From: Welwitschia mirabilis
Lineage: Eukaryota
Length of the DNA stretch: 64,000 nt
NCBI GenBank assembly: GCA_051453625.1
Contig: JBOZIK010000001.1
Coordinates: 31,596,447 to 31,660,446 of the forward strand
Direction of reading: 5' to 3'
The translations under genes were made by a program, and so were the position numbers. This document shows positions 13,901 to 27,782 of this stretch, piece by piece (positions within the stretch are counted from its first letter, which is position 1; the number at the start of each line of letters is the position of its first letter). Below the pieces are notes generated by a model. That model searched no databases. It saw only the letters and a list, made by a program, of their open reading frames with translations, and was not told the DNA's origin.

Positions 13901-16750
13901 TCTTTTCTTGACCAAATTCTTAATAGAATCTAAGGAATTGCCTTTAGTTGATTTTTTGATGGGTATAGTAATTATAATCATTTTTGTATAGCCAGTTAGA
14001 ATCACATAGAAACAACTTTTACTTCATCTTTTAGAAAATTTTCCTTTAGATACATGCCTTTTTGCACTTTTCAATACTCTTAGTACTTTTGAATGTGCAA
14101 TGATGAGTATTTTTTATGATATCTTAAAGGATTCAATTGAAATTTTTTATGGATGAATTCTTAATCTATGGTAAAAAATTTGAACAAAGATTAGAAATAT
14201 TAGAGAAAGTTCTTAATACATACAATAAGAGTAGCTTACATTTGAGATAGGAGAAGAGCTTTTTCTAGTTGATAATGGAATTTTCTAAGGTCATTACATT
14301 TCTAGTAAAGGAATTAGGATGAACCCTAAAAAAGTAAGTATCATTAAAAACCTAACTCCTCTAACAAATGTAAAACAAGTTCAGTCTTTCCTTGGTTATT
14401 ATAATTTTTATCATTGTTTTATTTAAGATTATGCTAAAATTTCTAAACCCCATCACTTATTACTTTAGAAGAAGATAAATTTGAATAAAATAAATCTTTT
14501 AAGCTTACTTTTGAAATACTTAAGATAAAATCTCTTCTGCACCTATTATAACAAGACCCTATTGAAATAAAGATTTTGAATTAATATGTGATGCTAGTAA
14601 TATTGTTGTGGGTGGGATTCTTGGATAAATGTATGAAATTGATTTAAAAGTTATATCTTATTATAGGAAAATGTTGTTTAAATCTCAATCAAATTATACT
14701 ACTACTGAGAAATATATGTTAACCATAATCTTTTTCCTTGATACTCTTAAATACTATCTTATAGGATTTTATATGAATGCTTATACCAATCATGTAGCTA
14801 TTATATACCTTATGACAAAGAAATATTCTAGTACTAAACTTATTAGATGAATCCTCCTCATACAAGAATTTAATTTACTATCATTAATAAAGCAAGAAAA
14901 CATAATAGTATAGATGATAATTTTTCACATTTTTATTCTTCTCTTGATGATCTTATACTTGATGATTCTTTTCTAGATGAATAATATTTTAAAATAGCTT
15001 CTACTCATCCTCCTCATTAGTATGCTGACATAGTTAATTATCTTGTTATCATAAAAATACCACAGCATTAGAGTCATAGTTAAATAAAATCATTTCTTCA
15101 TAGGATAGGTGATTATGAATGGATAGATCCACATCATTATTTTAGATTCAAAAATCAAATCATGAGAAAATGTGTGCCTGAATGGAAAAAATTAGACATC
15201 CTTCATCTTTGTCATGGTGATGTTTTTGGAGGTTATTTTAGTGGATATAAAATAGAAATGAAAATTTATCACTTTTGTTTTTATTAGCCTAGTATTTTTT
15301 AGGACTCTTTTAATTTTGGTAGAAGGTGTGATGCTTATTAACATTATGGTAGCCTTATTTAATCTCATGATATGTCATTTAAACATAATCTTGAATGTAA
15401 ACATTTTAATTATTAGGAACTAATTTTATAGACCCTATTAAACCATATTCTAATAATATGGACTACATTTTAATAGTTTTAGGTTATGTTACTAAATAGA
15501 TTAAAGCTATTCTTACTTTTCTAAATGATGCCAAAAAAGTTTTTAGAACTCATATTTTTTAACATTTTATTTTTCTAGAATTATCATTAGTGATTAAGAA
15601 ACTCATTTTATAAATCATCATTTTAGAAAACTTATTTTAAGCATAGAGTAGCTTGTGATTATTATTCACAAACCAATGGTAAAGATAAAAATAAAGATAG
15701 AGAAATAAATAAAATGCTTCAAGATTAATAATGTTCTTTGGGCTTACCACACTACTTGGGCATAATTCTTTTAATTTTTTACTTTATAAACTTGTGTACA
15801 GAAGAGTTTGAGTTTTACTAGTTGATGTGTGTTCTAATTCTTATCATTCTTTCCATCAAATTAGTCTTGTAGAACTTAAAGGTCTTGGATTGTCTAAAAG
15901 TGTTATTTTCTATCTTTTATCTCACTTATTCACCTTCATCATTTTGAATATGTGATCATGTGAGAATTTTCAAAAAAAAAAAAAGAAAAAAAGGAAAAAA
16001 GGAAGGAAAGAAAGAAAGAAAGAAAAGAAAATAATAAATGATCATGATATATTATATTTTGTACTTCAAGAAAAATAAATGATCACCATGATGTTCTACC
16101 ATACTAGGGCAAATTTTTATGAGAGGAATCTTTGGTAGTATTAGTAGCTATGGAAACTCCACTTGGGTGTTTCGTGATCATGATTTATGTGTCTTTACTC
16201 CTCTGATTNNNNNNNNNNNNNNNNNNNNNNNNNNNNNNNNNNNNNNNNNNNNNNNNNNNNNNNNNNNNNNNNNNNNNNNNNNNNNNNNNNNNNNNNNNNN
16301 NNNNNNNNNNNNNNNNNNNNAGTCTTGTAGAACTTAATAAAAATCTTAAAACTAGATTAGCCCAACTTAATAACTTAGATAAAATATGTACACATGTTAT
16401 ACATTATTAACTCATTTACAAAGTCTAAGCTAAGTTCAAATATGGTAAAAAATTCCTTCTTAAAAAGTTTGAACCTAGTTAATTTGTTCTTTTATATAAT
16501 GCTAAAGTGTATCTTTTACACAACAAGTTGACTTCTAAATGGTTAGGTCCTTATCTTAAAGAAAAAAATAAATTCTAATAGCTCTATTAATATTTTTGAC
16601 TTAAATACTAAGGATATTTAGAAAGTTAATGGACAAAGGTTGAAAATATATTTAAAAAACATTTCAATGCAACCTTGATCATGATAGAAGAAATTATCTT
16701 AGAGGTCCTCCTCAATGAGAAAGACTTCCTCCCTATCATTATCTAAATTC
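10900..16750 (+). pseudogene. Degenerate gag-pol (gag, protease, RT, RNase H, integrase) of element C
   Basis: PR 'IIDIRESVRIMP' (~12770). RT 'SKWINSLMVLPKKKGKWRMHINF' (~13790), 'DHCPLSFLDQI', 'FDGYSNYN', 'FMDEF' (~14146). RH 'ELICDASNIVVGGILG' (~14578). IN 'CHGDVFGGYFSG' (~15209), 'LWAY' (~15736), 'SKWLGPY' (~16533), 'KVNGQRLKIY' (~16622). Confidence 0.92.
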
Positions 16751-18949
16751 TCTCTTAGCCTATTCTTTTAGTAAATGTTATGATATCACTTAATCATCTT
16801 TAACTTGACTTATGTATTTTCTTTACGAATTTTTTATAATTAGTATTTTTACTTGGGAATTTTACAGCAATAAGAGTGGATTTATGCAATCTTAAAACAT
16901 TCACATATCTATAAACTTAACTTTAAAGCAATATGTCTTAGTTTTTGTATTTTTCTCAATAGTGTAAAATCTTTAGCTATTTAGGTGTGTTCTTTTCTAT
17001 CTTTCATTTCTTCACCTTTGTCTTTTTAGTGTGTGATCATGTGAAAATTATTTGTATAAGGAAAAAAGAGAGAAAGATAAAATAATAATCATGATCTATT
17101 GTATTTATGCTAAAATACATGGTCACCATGATGTCCTATCACACTGAGGTAAATTTTTCTAAAAGGAATCTTTGGCAATATTAGTAGCTATGGGAACTCC
17201 ACTAAAGGGTCAGTTGGCCATGTTTCATAAGTCCTTAGTTCTTTGATTATGGTTACATACCCCTCATTATGGCAAGTACTAATAAAATTTTGAGGCTATG
17301 GGATTAGTGGTGTTCTTGGTATTATCAGAGGCATTTCTTGTTTTCTAGACTCTTAGTATTCCCACATGTTCATTTTACTTTTAGTTATTAGAGTGTATTT
17401 TAAGGTATGAGCAAAGTAGTTAATTTCTAAGTAGTTTTTGGTCTTATCATTCATTCTTTTGAGCACTTAATCTTTAGTATTATAATATTCACTACCTTTT
17501 TAAAGGGAATTTTATAGAGTCAATATGTTTTGTCATGCATCTTTACTCAAGTGGTTTTATAATGTATTTTGATATGGTTTACTAGGTTAGAATTTATATT
17601 AGGTATGCTATGTTATTCATGTTCCTAGTTATTTGTTTTCATTCTTTTTTCCTTTGGTTATTTGATTTGTTATTTCAAAGTTATTTTCATACCTTTTCAT
17701 CATTGTTTTAAGAACTTATTATTTAGTAGTTTTCTTATGTTATTTTTATTTTTCACTTATATTGTTTTATCAAATAAAGTTAACTTCATCTTAGCATATT
17801 CTACTTTTATTAGATAATGTTCTTTATGATTTTTATGATGTTCCTTTAATTATTTTGTAGTTCTACATATTTTTATGATTATTTTTTCGTTCAAGAACAT
17901 TTGTTCAATTTTTTTTATCATGCTTCATCCTACTTCATCAATTCTCATCACTCCATCTTTTGATTATTTTAAGTATTCCTCATTCCCGATGCTTATTTAT
18001 CATGATTCTTCATCATTCCCTATTTGTCAAGTTTTCTGATAAAATCTAATACCTTTATGCTAATATATGAGACTAACTTATTTCATTAACATTTTTATTT
18101 TTCTAAAATTTTTTAAATTTCCATCATCCCTTATGTCATCCAAATGACAAGGCAGATGATATATTATATTTTTCTAAGAGTCATCTTAGGGGTATTGTCT
18201 TGATGATGTAGCTGGATCAGAGTATGATAAAACCATCAATGCATTTATTTTCCTTTATTTTTCTTCATTTATGAGTCATTTTCATCTGTTCCTTTGAGGA
18301 CAACTATCACACTAGTACCTATCAATGTCTTGGAACTTTTCCCATGAGTTGAATACACCACATTGTGAGATCTAAGCAAATTTATTAAAATGAGATATGT
18401 TTTTCGCTCCCTTATTATTTTTTATTTTTCTCCTATTTTTGAGCCTTTTAGCATGTATTTTTTATGTATGTTGATTAATTTTTTGTGTTCTTTGATTTAG
18501 CACTTATAAATTTAATTTCACCATGTATTTTATAAGATATTTGAATTTGTGCATTTTATGAGGTAGAATTATGTTTTTAACTTTAAACCTTATTTTCTTG
18601 AAAATCATAAATTGAAACATAGTGGTTATTATAGGTAAATTGATTAGTACAATGAGCCTTACATTTTTACTAAATTAGATTTTTTATTTGAGCACTTTTA
18701 TTTTTAACCTTATGTGGACTCACCTGTTTTACTTTTTTTAATTTTCCTTACACTTCACACCTTTCTTTGTACACTTAGGCAACATGGGACGTATTGATTC
18801 TTTTGAAGAGGCTAGGACATATTTTCTTAATTTTTACACATTAAAAACTAATTTATGGGATCATTTAAAGATTCTATAAGATACATTTTAGTGATTTTCA
18901 CTTAATCGCATGTAATGAGTTTTGCATTTATGATCGATTAGGCGACACA

Positions 18950-19134
18950 TAAAATGGAATAGATAAGATGAAGTAGAGATCAAGTAGTAGAGTAGGAAGT
19001 GAGCCTTCTAACACCATCTGAGATTGAGTGGGTAGAGTCAGTTCACCCAAACCCAGTCTATTTAGATAGCCTCTGTTTGAGTAGAGAAGTATTTTAATGA
19101 TTTCATAAGTTAGCTAAAGCCAGAGATGGATCAG
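18950..19134 (+). pseudogene. N-terminal part of the env-like extra ORF of element C (before the B insertion)
   Basis: It lies after the post-pol non-coding region and appears to continue after 27782 across the TSD. Confidence 0.5.
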
Positions 19135-20220
19135 TGTTGCAGTGATAATTTGTGATTATTTGATGAGGTTTTATGACTTATTTTGCAAGACATTTGTACA
19201 AGTTTAAGTGTAATTTTGAGGATTTTGGAGATATAATAGGAAATCTTGGAAATATGCATTTTTCACCTAGATTTGATGTATTAAAGGCACATCCTAATGC
19301 ACCAAGATTTGGAGAAGAATTATTGACAAGAATGATAAATTTTTATTTTGATCAAAGAAGACCTTCATCCCCTTGGTCGTTTCCATGATAAGTAAAATGA
19401 TAACATCATTGGTTACTAATGAGGATTGATAAATCACTATTGAGTCATCATGTTGAGTCACCGTTTGTAATAATCTATTATCTTCCTTATCATCTTAATG
19501 ATAGTTTGGATGACATTGACATGTAACTAACTTTAATAACAATCCTTGACTATATCATCTATTTCATTTATATACAAGAGCATGCCTAGCCACACCTTCT
19601 GTTTGTATTTTTTTGCTGTGAGTTGTTATAAATAAGTTTATCTTTGACTCTCCTTTTCATCTTTTTTGCACTAAAAAATCTCGTGATAGGAGTTTAAAAG
19701 GTAAGAGATCTATCTCGAGTGCTATATAAAAACATTCCTTTGGTGGAGGGCTATGCATCCTTAATTAAAGCTTGGCTGTATTCTAACCTAGATGCTTTTT
19801 ACTTCTTAATATAAAAACCTTATTTGTTTTCATATTTACATGCTATATTCTCAAATTATCCTTATAGTGTATGATTGCCTATGATCTAGTAACAATTTCG
19901 TGGGTGATATATATTATCAAGGATAACCTTTATTAAGGATGAAAACAAGTAGTATTAGTTCAATTTTTGCATTGCATGTTAGATTAGGTTGCATCTTGCA
20001 TTTGCATTATACCTTTTATTTCTAACATTGTCTTTATTTCTAATTTCTATTCGATTTGTAAAGCAATTTGAGTCTTATCTTATAATATTCAATGTAAATA
20101 TGACATTTTGAATCTACTTGTACTCATACTAGTGTATTATATTATGTAAGATATCTATTTATTTTATGAATGATAGAATCCTTTTGAACTTAAGCACTTG
20201 TACAAATACACACTGTAACA
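19135..20220 (+). repeat. 5' LTR of element B (1086 bp)
   Basis: tgttgcagtg...cactgtaaca followed by a PBS. Homologous to 26373-27777. Confidence 0.92.
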
Positions 20221-20223
20221 AAT

Positions 20224-20241
20224 TGCCATCATTGCTAGGGA
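20224..20241 (+). promoter_or_regulatory. PBS (decayed tRNA-Asp type) of element B
   Basis: tgccatcattgctaggga, 3 nt after the LTR end. Confidence 0.75.
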
Positions 20242-21029
20242 AGACTATTGAGAAGTATGAGGATTTTCATCATTTGATAAGTACACAAGTCTTCTATTAG
20301 GATAGTTATCTATAATGATGTTGTATTTTNNNNNNNNNNNNNNNNNNNNNNNNNNNNNNNNNNNNNNNNNNNNNNNNNNNNNNNNNNNNNNNNNNNNNNN
20401 NNNNNNNNNNNNNNNNNNNNNNNNNNNNNTTAGGAACTATAGGTTTTTGGTATGCCATTATTTAGTTTCAATTTTTAGATTTAGTTTTTTGTAGAAAAAT
20501 AGTGGTCGTCCCTTTAGTCATCCACATGATAATCAGAACAACAGTCTGTGATTTTAGTTTTCAATTTTATTTCTAGATTTTAATTTTTCTGTAATAAAAT
20601 TAGTTTCTATTATCTTCTACATCATCTGGACAACTAGGTGGAGGACAATCTTATTTTTTGAGTTTTNNNNNNNNNNNNNNNNNNNNNNNNNNNNNNNNNN
20701 NNNNNNNNNNNNNNNNNNNNNNNNNNNNNNNNNNNNNNNNNNNNNNNNNNNNNNNNNNNNNNNNNNAATCAGAACAACAGTCTGTGATTTTAGTTTTCAA
20801 TTTTATTTCTAGATTTTAATTTTTCTATAATAAAATTAGTTTCTATTATCTTCTACATCGTCTGGACAACTAGGTGGAGGACAATCTTATTTTTTGAGTT
20901 TTCTGCATTCTGTTTTGGTTTCTATTTTATTTTTGTTTTTTTTAGTTTTTATGTTTGTCATTCTTTTTATCATCTCCATGATAGATAATATGATGATCTT
21001 TTGTTTTTAATCTTATTTTCTGTTATTTT

Positions 21030-24000
21030 CTATTTACAGAATGCTATAATATGGTTAATATNNNNNNNNNNNNNNNNNNNNNNNNNNNNNNNNNNNNNNN
21101 NNNNNNNNNNNNNNNNNNNNNNNNNNNNNNNNNNNNNNNNNNNNNNNNNNNNNNNNNNNNNNNNNNNNNNNNNNNNNNNNNNATTTTTTTTGAATCATAT
21201 TTTCTTAACAAAAACTCTATAGAAAAAGAGAACCAATTCACAATGTCAAGTATGTCTCATAAGCAAAAACAAATCATAGGATCTTTTACTCCTAATGTGA
21301 ATATTACCCTTAGAGAATTGTTATCTAACAAGAAATGAGAGATTCCAATCCCTTTTTATCTATCCCCAAGAGATGACATTAATCTTAAAAATTTAAATGC
21401 CTACTTAAGTTTTAGTATAGAGGATGATGAAGATCCTCTGCAATTCATAGCAGACATAGAATAATTAATCCTTACCTCAAGAAATGGAAAGAAAAAAATA
21501 ACTAATAGAATATATATGATTATCTTTCTCATGACATTAAAGGATAAAGTAAAAAATCAGCTAAAAGCCATATCATACAAAAGCTTAAAAACATGGGATC
21601 AAGTCTAGAAAATACTTGTTAAGAGATTTATTAGTGTGAAACTATAAGAAAAAGAAAAAATAAGATAAGAAACTTTTAACAAAAATCAAATGAATACTAT
21701 GTTTCCACATATAAGTATTTNNNNNNNNNNNNNNNNNNNNNNNNNNNNNNNNNNNNNNNNNNNNNNNNNNNNNNNNNNNNNNNNNNNNNNNNNNNNNNNN
21801 NNNNNNNNNNNNNNNNNNNNNNNNNNNNNNNNNNNNNNNNNNNNNNNNNNNNNNNNNNNNNNNNNNNNNNNNNNNNNNNNNNNNNNNNNNNNNNNNNNNN
21901 NNNNNNNNNNNNNNNNNNNNNNNNNNNNNNNNNNNNNNNNNNNNNNNNNNNNNNNNNNNNNNNNNNNNNNNNNNNNNNNNNNNNNNNNNNNNNNNNNNNN
22001 NNNNNNNNNNNNNNNNNNNNNNNNNNNNNNNNNNNNNNNNNNNNNNNNNNNNNNNNNNNNNNNNNNNNNNNNNNNNNNNNNNNNNNNNNNNNNNNNNNNN
22101 NNNNNNNNNNNNNNNNNNNNNNNNNNNNNNNNNNNNNNNNNNNNNNNNNNNNNNNNNNNNNNNNNNNNNNNNNNNNNNNNNNNNNNNNNNNNNNNNNNNN
22201 NNNNNNNNNNNNNNNNNNNNNNNNNNNNNNNNNNNNNNNNNNNNNNNNNNNNNNNNNNNNNNNNNNNNNNNNNNNNNNNNNNNNNNNNNNNNNNNNNNNN
22301 NNNNNNNNNNNNNNNNNNNNNNNNNNNNNNNNNNNNNNNNNNNNNNNNNNNNNNNNNNNNNNACATATGAGTATTTCTTTATAGCCTACCATTTTAATCC
22401 AGTAGATGCTTTTTCACCAGTAGAACTAATAGACTACTTTATAGTGGGATAACTCCACATACAAAACAACTTGAAGATTTTTGTTATGAAGGAAACATCA
22501 TGAACCTTACATTAGATGATGCCTAGACAAAATTAAAAGAACTCATGGATATTAGTCAAACTTAGTTAATTCTTAAAGAAAATCCAAATATAGGCTAACT
22601 CATCAAAGACTTAAAAATGATTAAACAATAAGAAGAGATGGAATTCAATCCTAAAAATTCCATAAGATATTTTAGAACAACCTTGAAGAAGAATGCAAAA
22701 ACAATCTTAGATGTCAAATCCATAACTAAAAAAAAATTGTACAAACTTGTGAATTATATGAGGATAATTGTNNNGTTACTAAAAATTGTCCTCTTTTACC
22801 AACATTCAAAGAAAGAATATGTAAAGAATTTTGTGCTTTTAATCAATCATCTCAAAACTTTAAAAATCAAAATCAGGCACAACTAAGGTTAAGCATTCAT
22901 TTCTAAAATAATACTCAACCTTTTAGAAACTGATTTGAAAACATAAACTACTAACTAAGATCATCAAACTTTTAACATCTAAATGATCAACTCATGAACC
23001 TTACAGATGAAATTAGAAAATTAAATATTAACTTTGAAAAACAAAATGCCAACNNNNNNNNNNNNNNNNNNNNNNNNNNNNNNNNNNNNNNNNNNNNNNN
23101 NNNNNNNNNNNNNNNNNNNNNNNNNNNNNNNNNNNNNNNNNNNNNNNNNNNNNNNNNNNNNNNNNNNNNNNNNNNNNNNNNNAGACAAGAAATAAACCCT
23201 CCTCCATGTGAATATTTCACCTCCTAAAATAATTTTATAAATGATAAAGAATAAGAGGAAGAGTAAATTAAAATATTAAGAGACTATAACTTTCCTTCTC
23301 TTAGAAAAAAGAAAAAGAAAAATCCTTTTTAATAAATCATGCCTTAGCTTGATAGAAATAATAATAATTAAACATTTAACTAACATCTTAAAGCCTTAAT
23401 GAAAAATGTGAGCATAAGTGTCCCTTTTTAAAAAATTTTTCAAGAAAATTTAGGGTACTTAAAATTATAGAAATACTTAATTAAAAAAAAAACAAAAACA
23501 AGTCATTCCTAGAAAAATCTTTCTAGTTCAATCCCTCACAAACTTAGTATTACAAAAATCACCCAAATTTAAAAATCCAGGAGTAGCAATGGTGACTATT
23601 ACTTTAGAGGGGAACAAAAATATTAGGGAAGCTTCATTAGAAATTTAAGTGAATGTTAACATTATGCCACTTCATATTTGTAAGAGACTTGGTTAGAAGG
23701 ATAGAATAAAGCCTACTCTAGTTGTCTTAAAATTAGCAGATACATCAGTTAAGAAACCATTAGGCCTAATTAAAGATTTGGCAATACAAATAGAAGAGGT
23801 TTGATACTTGATAGATATGATTATCATAGAATTTGAGCATAAAAAAGGATACCCATTACTTCTAAGACTATCATTTTGTGTAATAGCCCACTGCATCTTT
23901 GATATAAGAGTAGAAACAATGAAATGTCATTTCGGAAATAGAAAGTTTACAATTAGAGTCTTTGATGTAGATGAGAAAGATTTAGGTGATGAAATAAACA

Positions 24001-24480
24001 TTGAATATAACATCAAACCCACTTTATTTTTATAACATCATCCACTTAAGGCATTAGAGATGAAATTAAATAAACATATGTTTTATTATAACTAACTTGA
24101 GATTGAAGAAACCATAAATATATCCAACTTTAAGAGTGAAATACAACCTTTAATGTGTAAGTAAGTTTAACTTTTCAAGAAAGATTATGAGGGAGATTTT
24201 CCATTATATAAGCCAAAAATTGAAAATTATACTTTGAATAAAATGTCTTTAATGGACTAGAATATAATTTTCTTTGTAATGTTTAAAATAAAACTCTTGC
24301 ATTCAATGAAAATATTTTACTAGAGTTACCATTTTACTCCCCTTTGACTTTCAAAATTTATGCTTTAATATGATAATGTAGAGTGGTTTTCATTACTTCT
24401 CTCTCTTATGTTTTATCAATTGGTAAATTTTTGGTTTGAAGCTTATTTCTTTGAAAATTTTATGACCAAAAGAGATCCTT
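21030..24480 (+). pseudogene. Degenerate gag-protease of element B
   Basis: 'ENQFTMSSMSHKQKQIIGS', 'SPKFKNPGVAMVT', 'VNVNIMPLHICKRLG', 'LADTSVKKPLG'. Collinear with 690-3475. Confidence 0.85.
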
Positions 24481-26372
24481 AATTTTTCATTCTTTTTTTC
24501 AATAAAAGTATGCTTTAGATTTGGGAATTGAATAAAATTTTCTTTTCTTAATATTTTCTTTTTAGTTTTCTGTTTTGACAGTCTCTGATTTTATTTTCTA
24601 TTTTCTATTTTTGTTTCTGTTTGTAATTTTGTACTTCTATTTTCTATTATAATAATCTATCATCTTCTATGTCATCCTCATAATAAGGTAGATGACAGTA
24701 AATTTTGTTTTTTTTTTACTTTTTTGATATTTTTCTATTTTTTCTAATAATATTTTATTTTTGTACCTGCATCGTCCTCTATTTCATTTAAATGATGAGA
24801 AAGACAATAGTCAATAAAATATTGATTTTAGTTTTTTGTTATTTTAAGAAAATACATTTTTATGACTCTGTTGAGATTTCTAACATGGCTACTTAAGAAT
24901 TTTAAAAAGTAAATGGGTAAAATTTGGATTTCATGAGTAAATCGTCTAAATTTTCTCTTAGATTTTTCCTTTAGAGGTTATTATGGTATTACTTGATTAT
25001 TTTTCAAATTTGGCTTATGCATTTATCTCTATAACTAGTCTTTTAACTTCAAAATTTTGATGATAAGATTGGATTCACCCAATCTTAGGACATTCACACA
25101 TCTATGAACTTCAGTTTAAAAGAAGATTCTTATTTTTCTGAATGGTGAAANNNNNNNNNNNNNNNNNNNNNNNNNNNNNNNNAAAAAAAGTGGGGTGGGG
25201 TAGAGGGGTGTGTTGGAAATAAGGCCATGATGTTTTATTTATTATATTTCAAAAACATGGCTACCATGACATCCTGGTACAAGTACATTGGGGAAAATAT
25301 TTCCAAAAGAAGTCTTTAAAAGTGTAATATGGTAGATATAAAAACTCCACTGGGAGGTCAATTAGTCATGCTTCATGGGTCCTTACTTCTTTGATGGTGG
25401 TTGCACTCTGTTGATCATAGATAATAANNNNNNNNNNNNNNNNNNNNNNNNNNNNNNNNNNNNNNNNNNNNNNNNNNNNNNNNNNNNNNNNNNNNNNNNN
25501 NNNNNNNNNNNNNNNNNNNNNNNNNNNNNNNNNNNNNNNNNNNNNNNNNNNNNNNNNNNNNNNNNNNNNNNNNNNNNNNNNNNNNNNNNNNNNNNNNNNN
25601 NNNNNNNNNNNNNNNNNNNNNNNNNNNNNNNNNNNNNNNNNNNNNNNNNNNNNNNNNNNNNNNNNNNNNNNNNNNNNNNNNNNACATTACATGATGTTAT
25701 GATTTCTTTCATTGGAGTCTGCTAGGTTAAAATATTAGATAGGTGAGCTATCTTTTCTTTTTATTATATTATGTCCTTTTTTTTATGGTTTTATTAGTTA
25801 TTTCAAAGTTATTACCATATTTTCTTATCATCACATTTTTATATTTGGTTTTTAAATCAAAATAGATTTCTTGCGTAGTTGAGTTTTCTTATTGAATTTT
25901 ATTTTTGGTGTTGTAAGCACTGCTCTTAATAATTTTTTTGATGAAATATTTTTATTGTTCCTTATTTTTCTTTACTTGTCAAGATATTTCATCGATCTAT
26001 ATTTTTCAAATCTGACATTACTCAGCTTTGCACTTCATTTTAGAAAGATGTCATCTTTTATCTACCTTCTCACTCCTATCTAATTTTTTTGCTTTATTTT
26101 CTAATACAGGATGTATAACTTTTTCTTCGGGGAATAGAGACCCATTTTCATGGCTCATTTTCAAAAATTTTTAACTTAATTTAAATTTCTCATAAGATAA
26201 AATTTTCAAAATTTTCATACACATTATGCATTACTTATTATTTATTTATGTGATGTGTTTTATCAGCCTATTTTATAATTCTAGATTTATCTTTTAAAAA
26301 ATAAATTGGCTTGCATTTATGGTTTTTCATCTAGTTTTTGTCAAGGACTGACAAAGAATAAGTGGAAGGCTA

Positions 26373-27777
26373 TGTTACACTACTAATTTATGATTATTTG
26401 ATGGGGTTTTATGAGTTTTTTGTAAGAAATTTGTATAGGTTTAAGTGCAATTCTGAGGATTTTGAAGATACAATAGGAAATCTTAGAAATACACATTTCT
26501 CACTTAGATTTGATGTGTTAAAGGCACATATTGNNNNNNNNNNNNNTGGAAAAGGATTACTAAAAAAAATGCTAAATTTTCGCCTTAAAAAAATGGTCAA
26601 AGAAGATTTTTATCCCCTTAGTAATCCTCACAACAAGTAGAATGATGACATTATTGATTGCTGACGAGGATTGATAAATCACTACTAAGTCATTATGCTA
26701 AGTTATCTTTTGTAATAACATGTCATTCCACTTATCATCCGGATGATAATTTGGATGATATTGACATGTAATTAACTCTAATAGTGACCCTTTACTATTT
26801 CATCCATTTCATTTATGTAAAAGAGTGCACCTAGCCATGCCTTCTATTTGTCTTTTTCTATTATGAGTTGTTACAAATAAGTCCCCTTTTAACTCTTCTT
26901 CTTATCTTTATTACATAAAAAATTCTCATGATTGGAGATCGAAAGGTGAGAGAGACGTTCTTTTAGTGAAGGGTTATGCATTCTCCATTGAAGCTCAGCT
27001 ATTTTGTAACCTAGATGCTTATTACTTCTTAATATAAAAACCTTTTTTATTTTCATATTTGCATGTTAGATTCTTAGATCACCCTTATGGTTTATGATTT
27101 TCCTTGATCTGGTGATAATTTCTTAGATGATATAGATCTTCAAGAATAACCTTTGTTAAGGCTAAAAAAAGTAGTGTTAGTTCCATTTTTATGTTGCATG
27201 TTATATTAGATTGTATCTTGCATTTGAAATTTACCTTTTATTTCTTGCATTTCTTTATTTTTTGTTCCTATTCCATTTGAAAANNNNNNNNNNNNNNNNN
27301 NNNNNNNNNNNNNNNNNNNNNNNNNNNNNNNNNNNNNNNNNNNNNNNNNNNNNNNNNNNNNNNNNNNNNNNNNNNNNNNNNNNTTGTTTTCATATTTGCA
27401 TGTTAGATTCTTAGACCACCCTTATGGTTTATGATTTTCCTTGATCTGATGACAATTTCTTAGATGATATAGATCTTCAAGAATAACCTTTGTTAAGGCT
27501 AAAAAAAAGTAGTGTTAGTTCCATTTTTATGTTGCATGTTATATTAGGTTGTATCTTGCATTTGAATTTTACCTTTTATTTCTTGCATTTCTTTATTTTT
27601 GGTTCCTATTCCATTTAAAAAGTAATCCAAGTTTTATCTCATGGTCTTTAATGTGAATATGACAATTTGGGTCTAGTCCCACTCATACTAGTGTGTTATA
27701 TTATGTGAGATATTTATTTATTTTATGAATGATAAAATCCTTTTGAAATTAAGCACTTACACAAATACACACCAACA
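26373..27777 (+). repeat. 3' LTR of element B (length inflated by a near-identical duplication around the 27284-27383 gap)
   Basis: tgttacactac...caccaaca, preceded by the PPT aagaataagtggaaggcta. Confidence 0.92.
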
Positions 27778-27782
27778 ATCAA

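Larger units (their letters stand above)
19135..27777 (+). mobile_element. Element B: complete non-autonomous Athila-type element (gag-protease only) with both LTRs and a 5-bp TSD
   Basis: TGTT...AACA termini, flanks atcag (19130-19134) and atcaa (27778-27782), PBS at 20224, PPT at ~26353-26372. Collinear with element A throughout. Confidence 0.92.

Noticed and set aside
19173..19388. Recurrent small ORF family (also 26362-26640 and 6807-7055)
   Set aside because: These lie inside LTR copies with inconsistent starts and stops, so the recurrence reflects LTR homology.
21686..22392. Long ORFs in the ORF track (also 34570-35688, 44545-45207, 50846-51400, 25375-25725)
   Set aside because: They consist of X residues from N gaps and are not real coding evidence.
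27044..27620. Near-identical direct repeats across gaps (also 20530-20900, 34645/35565, 44550/45175, 50775/51303, 260/380)
   Set aside because: These are contig-end overlaps on either side of N runs, typical of unmerged assembly overlaps.
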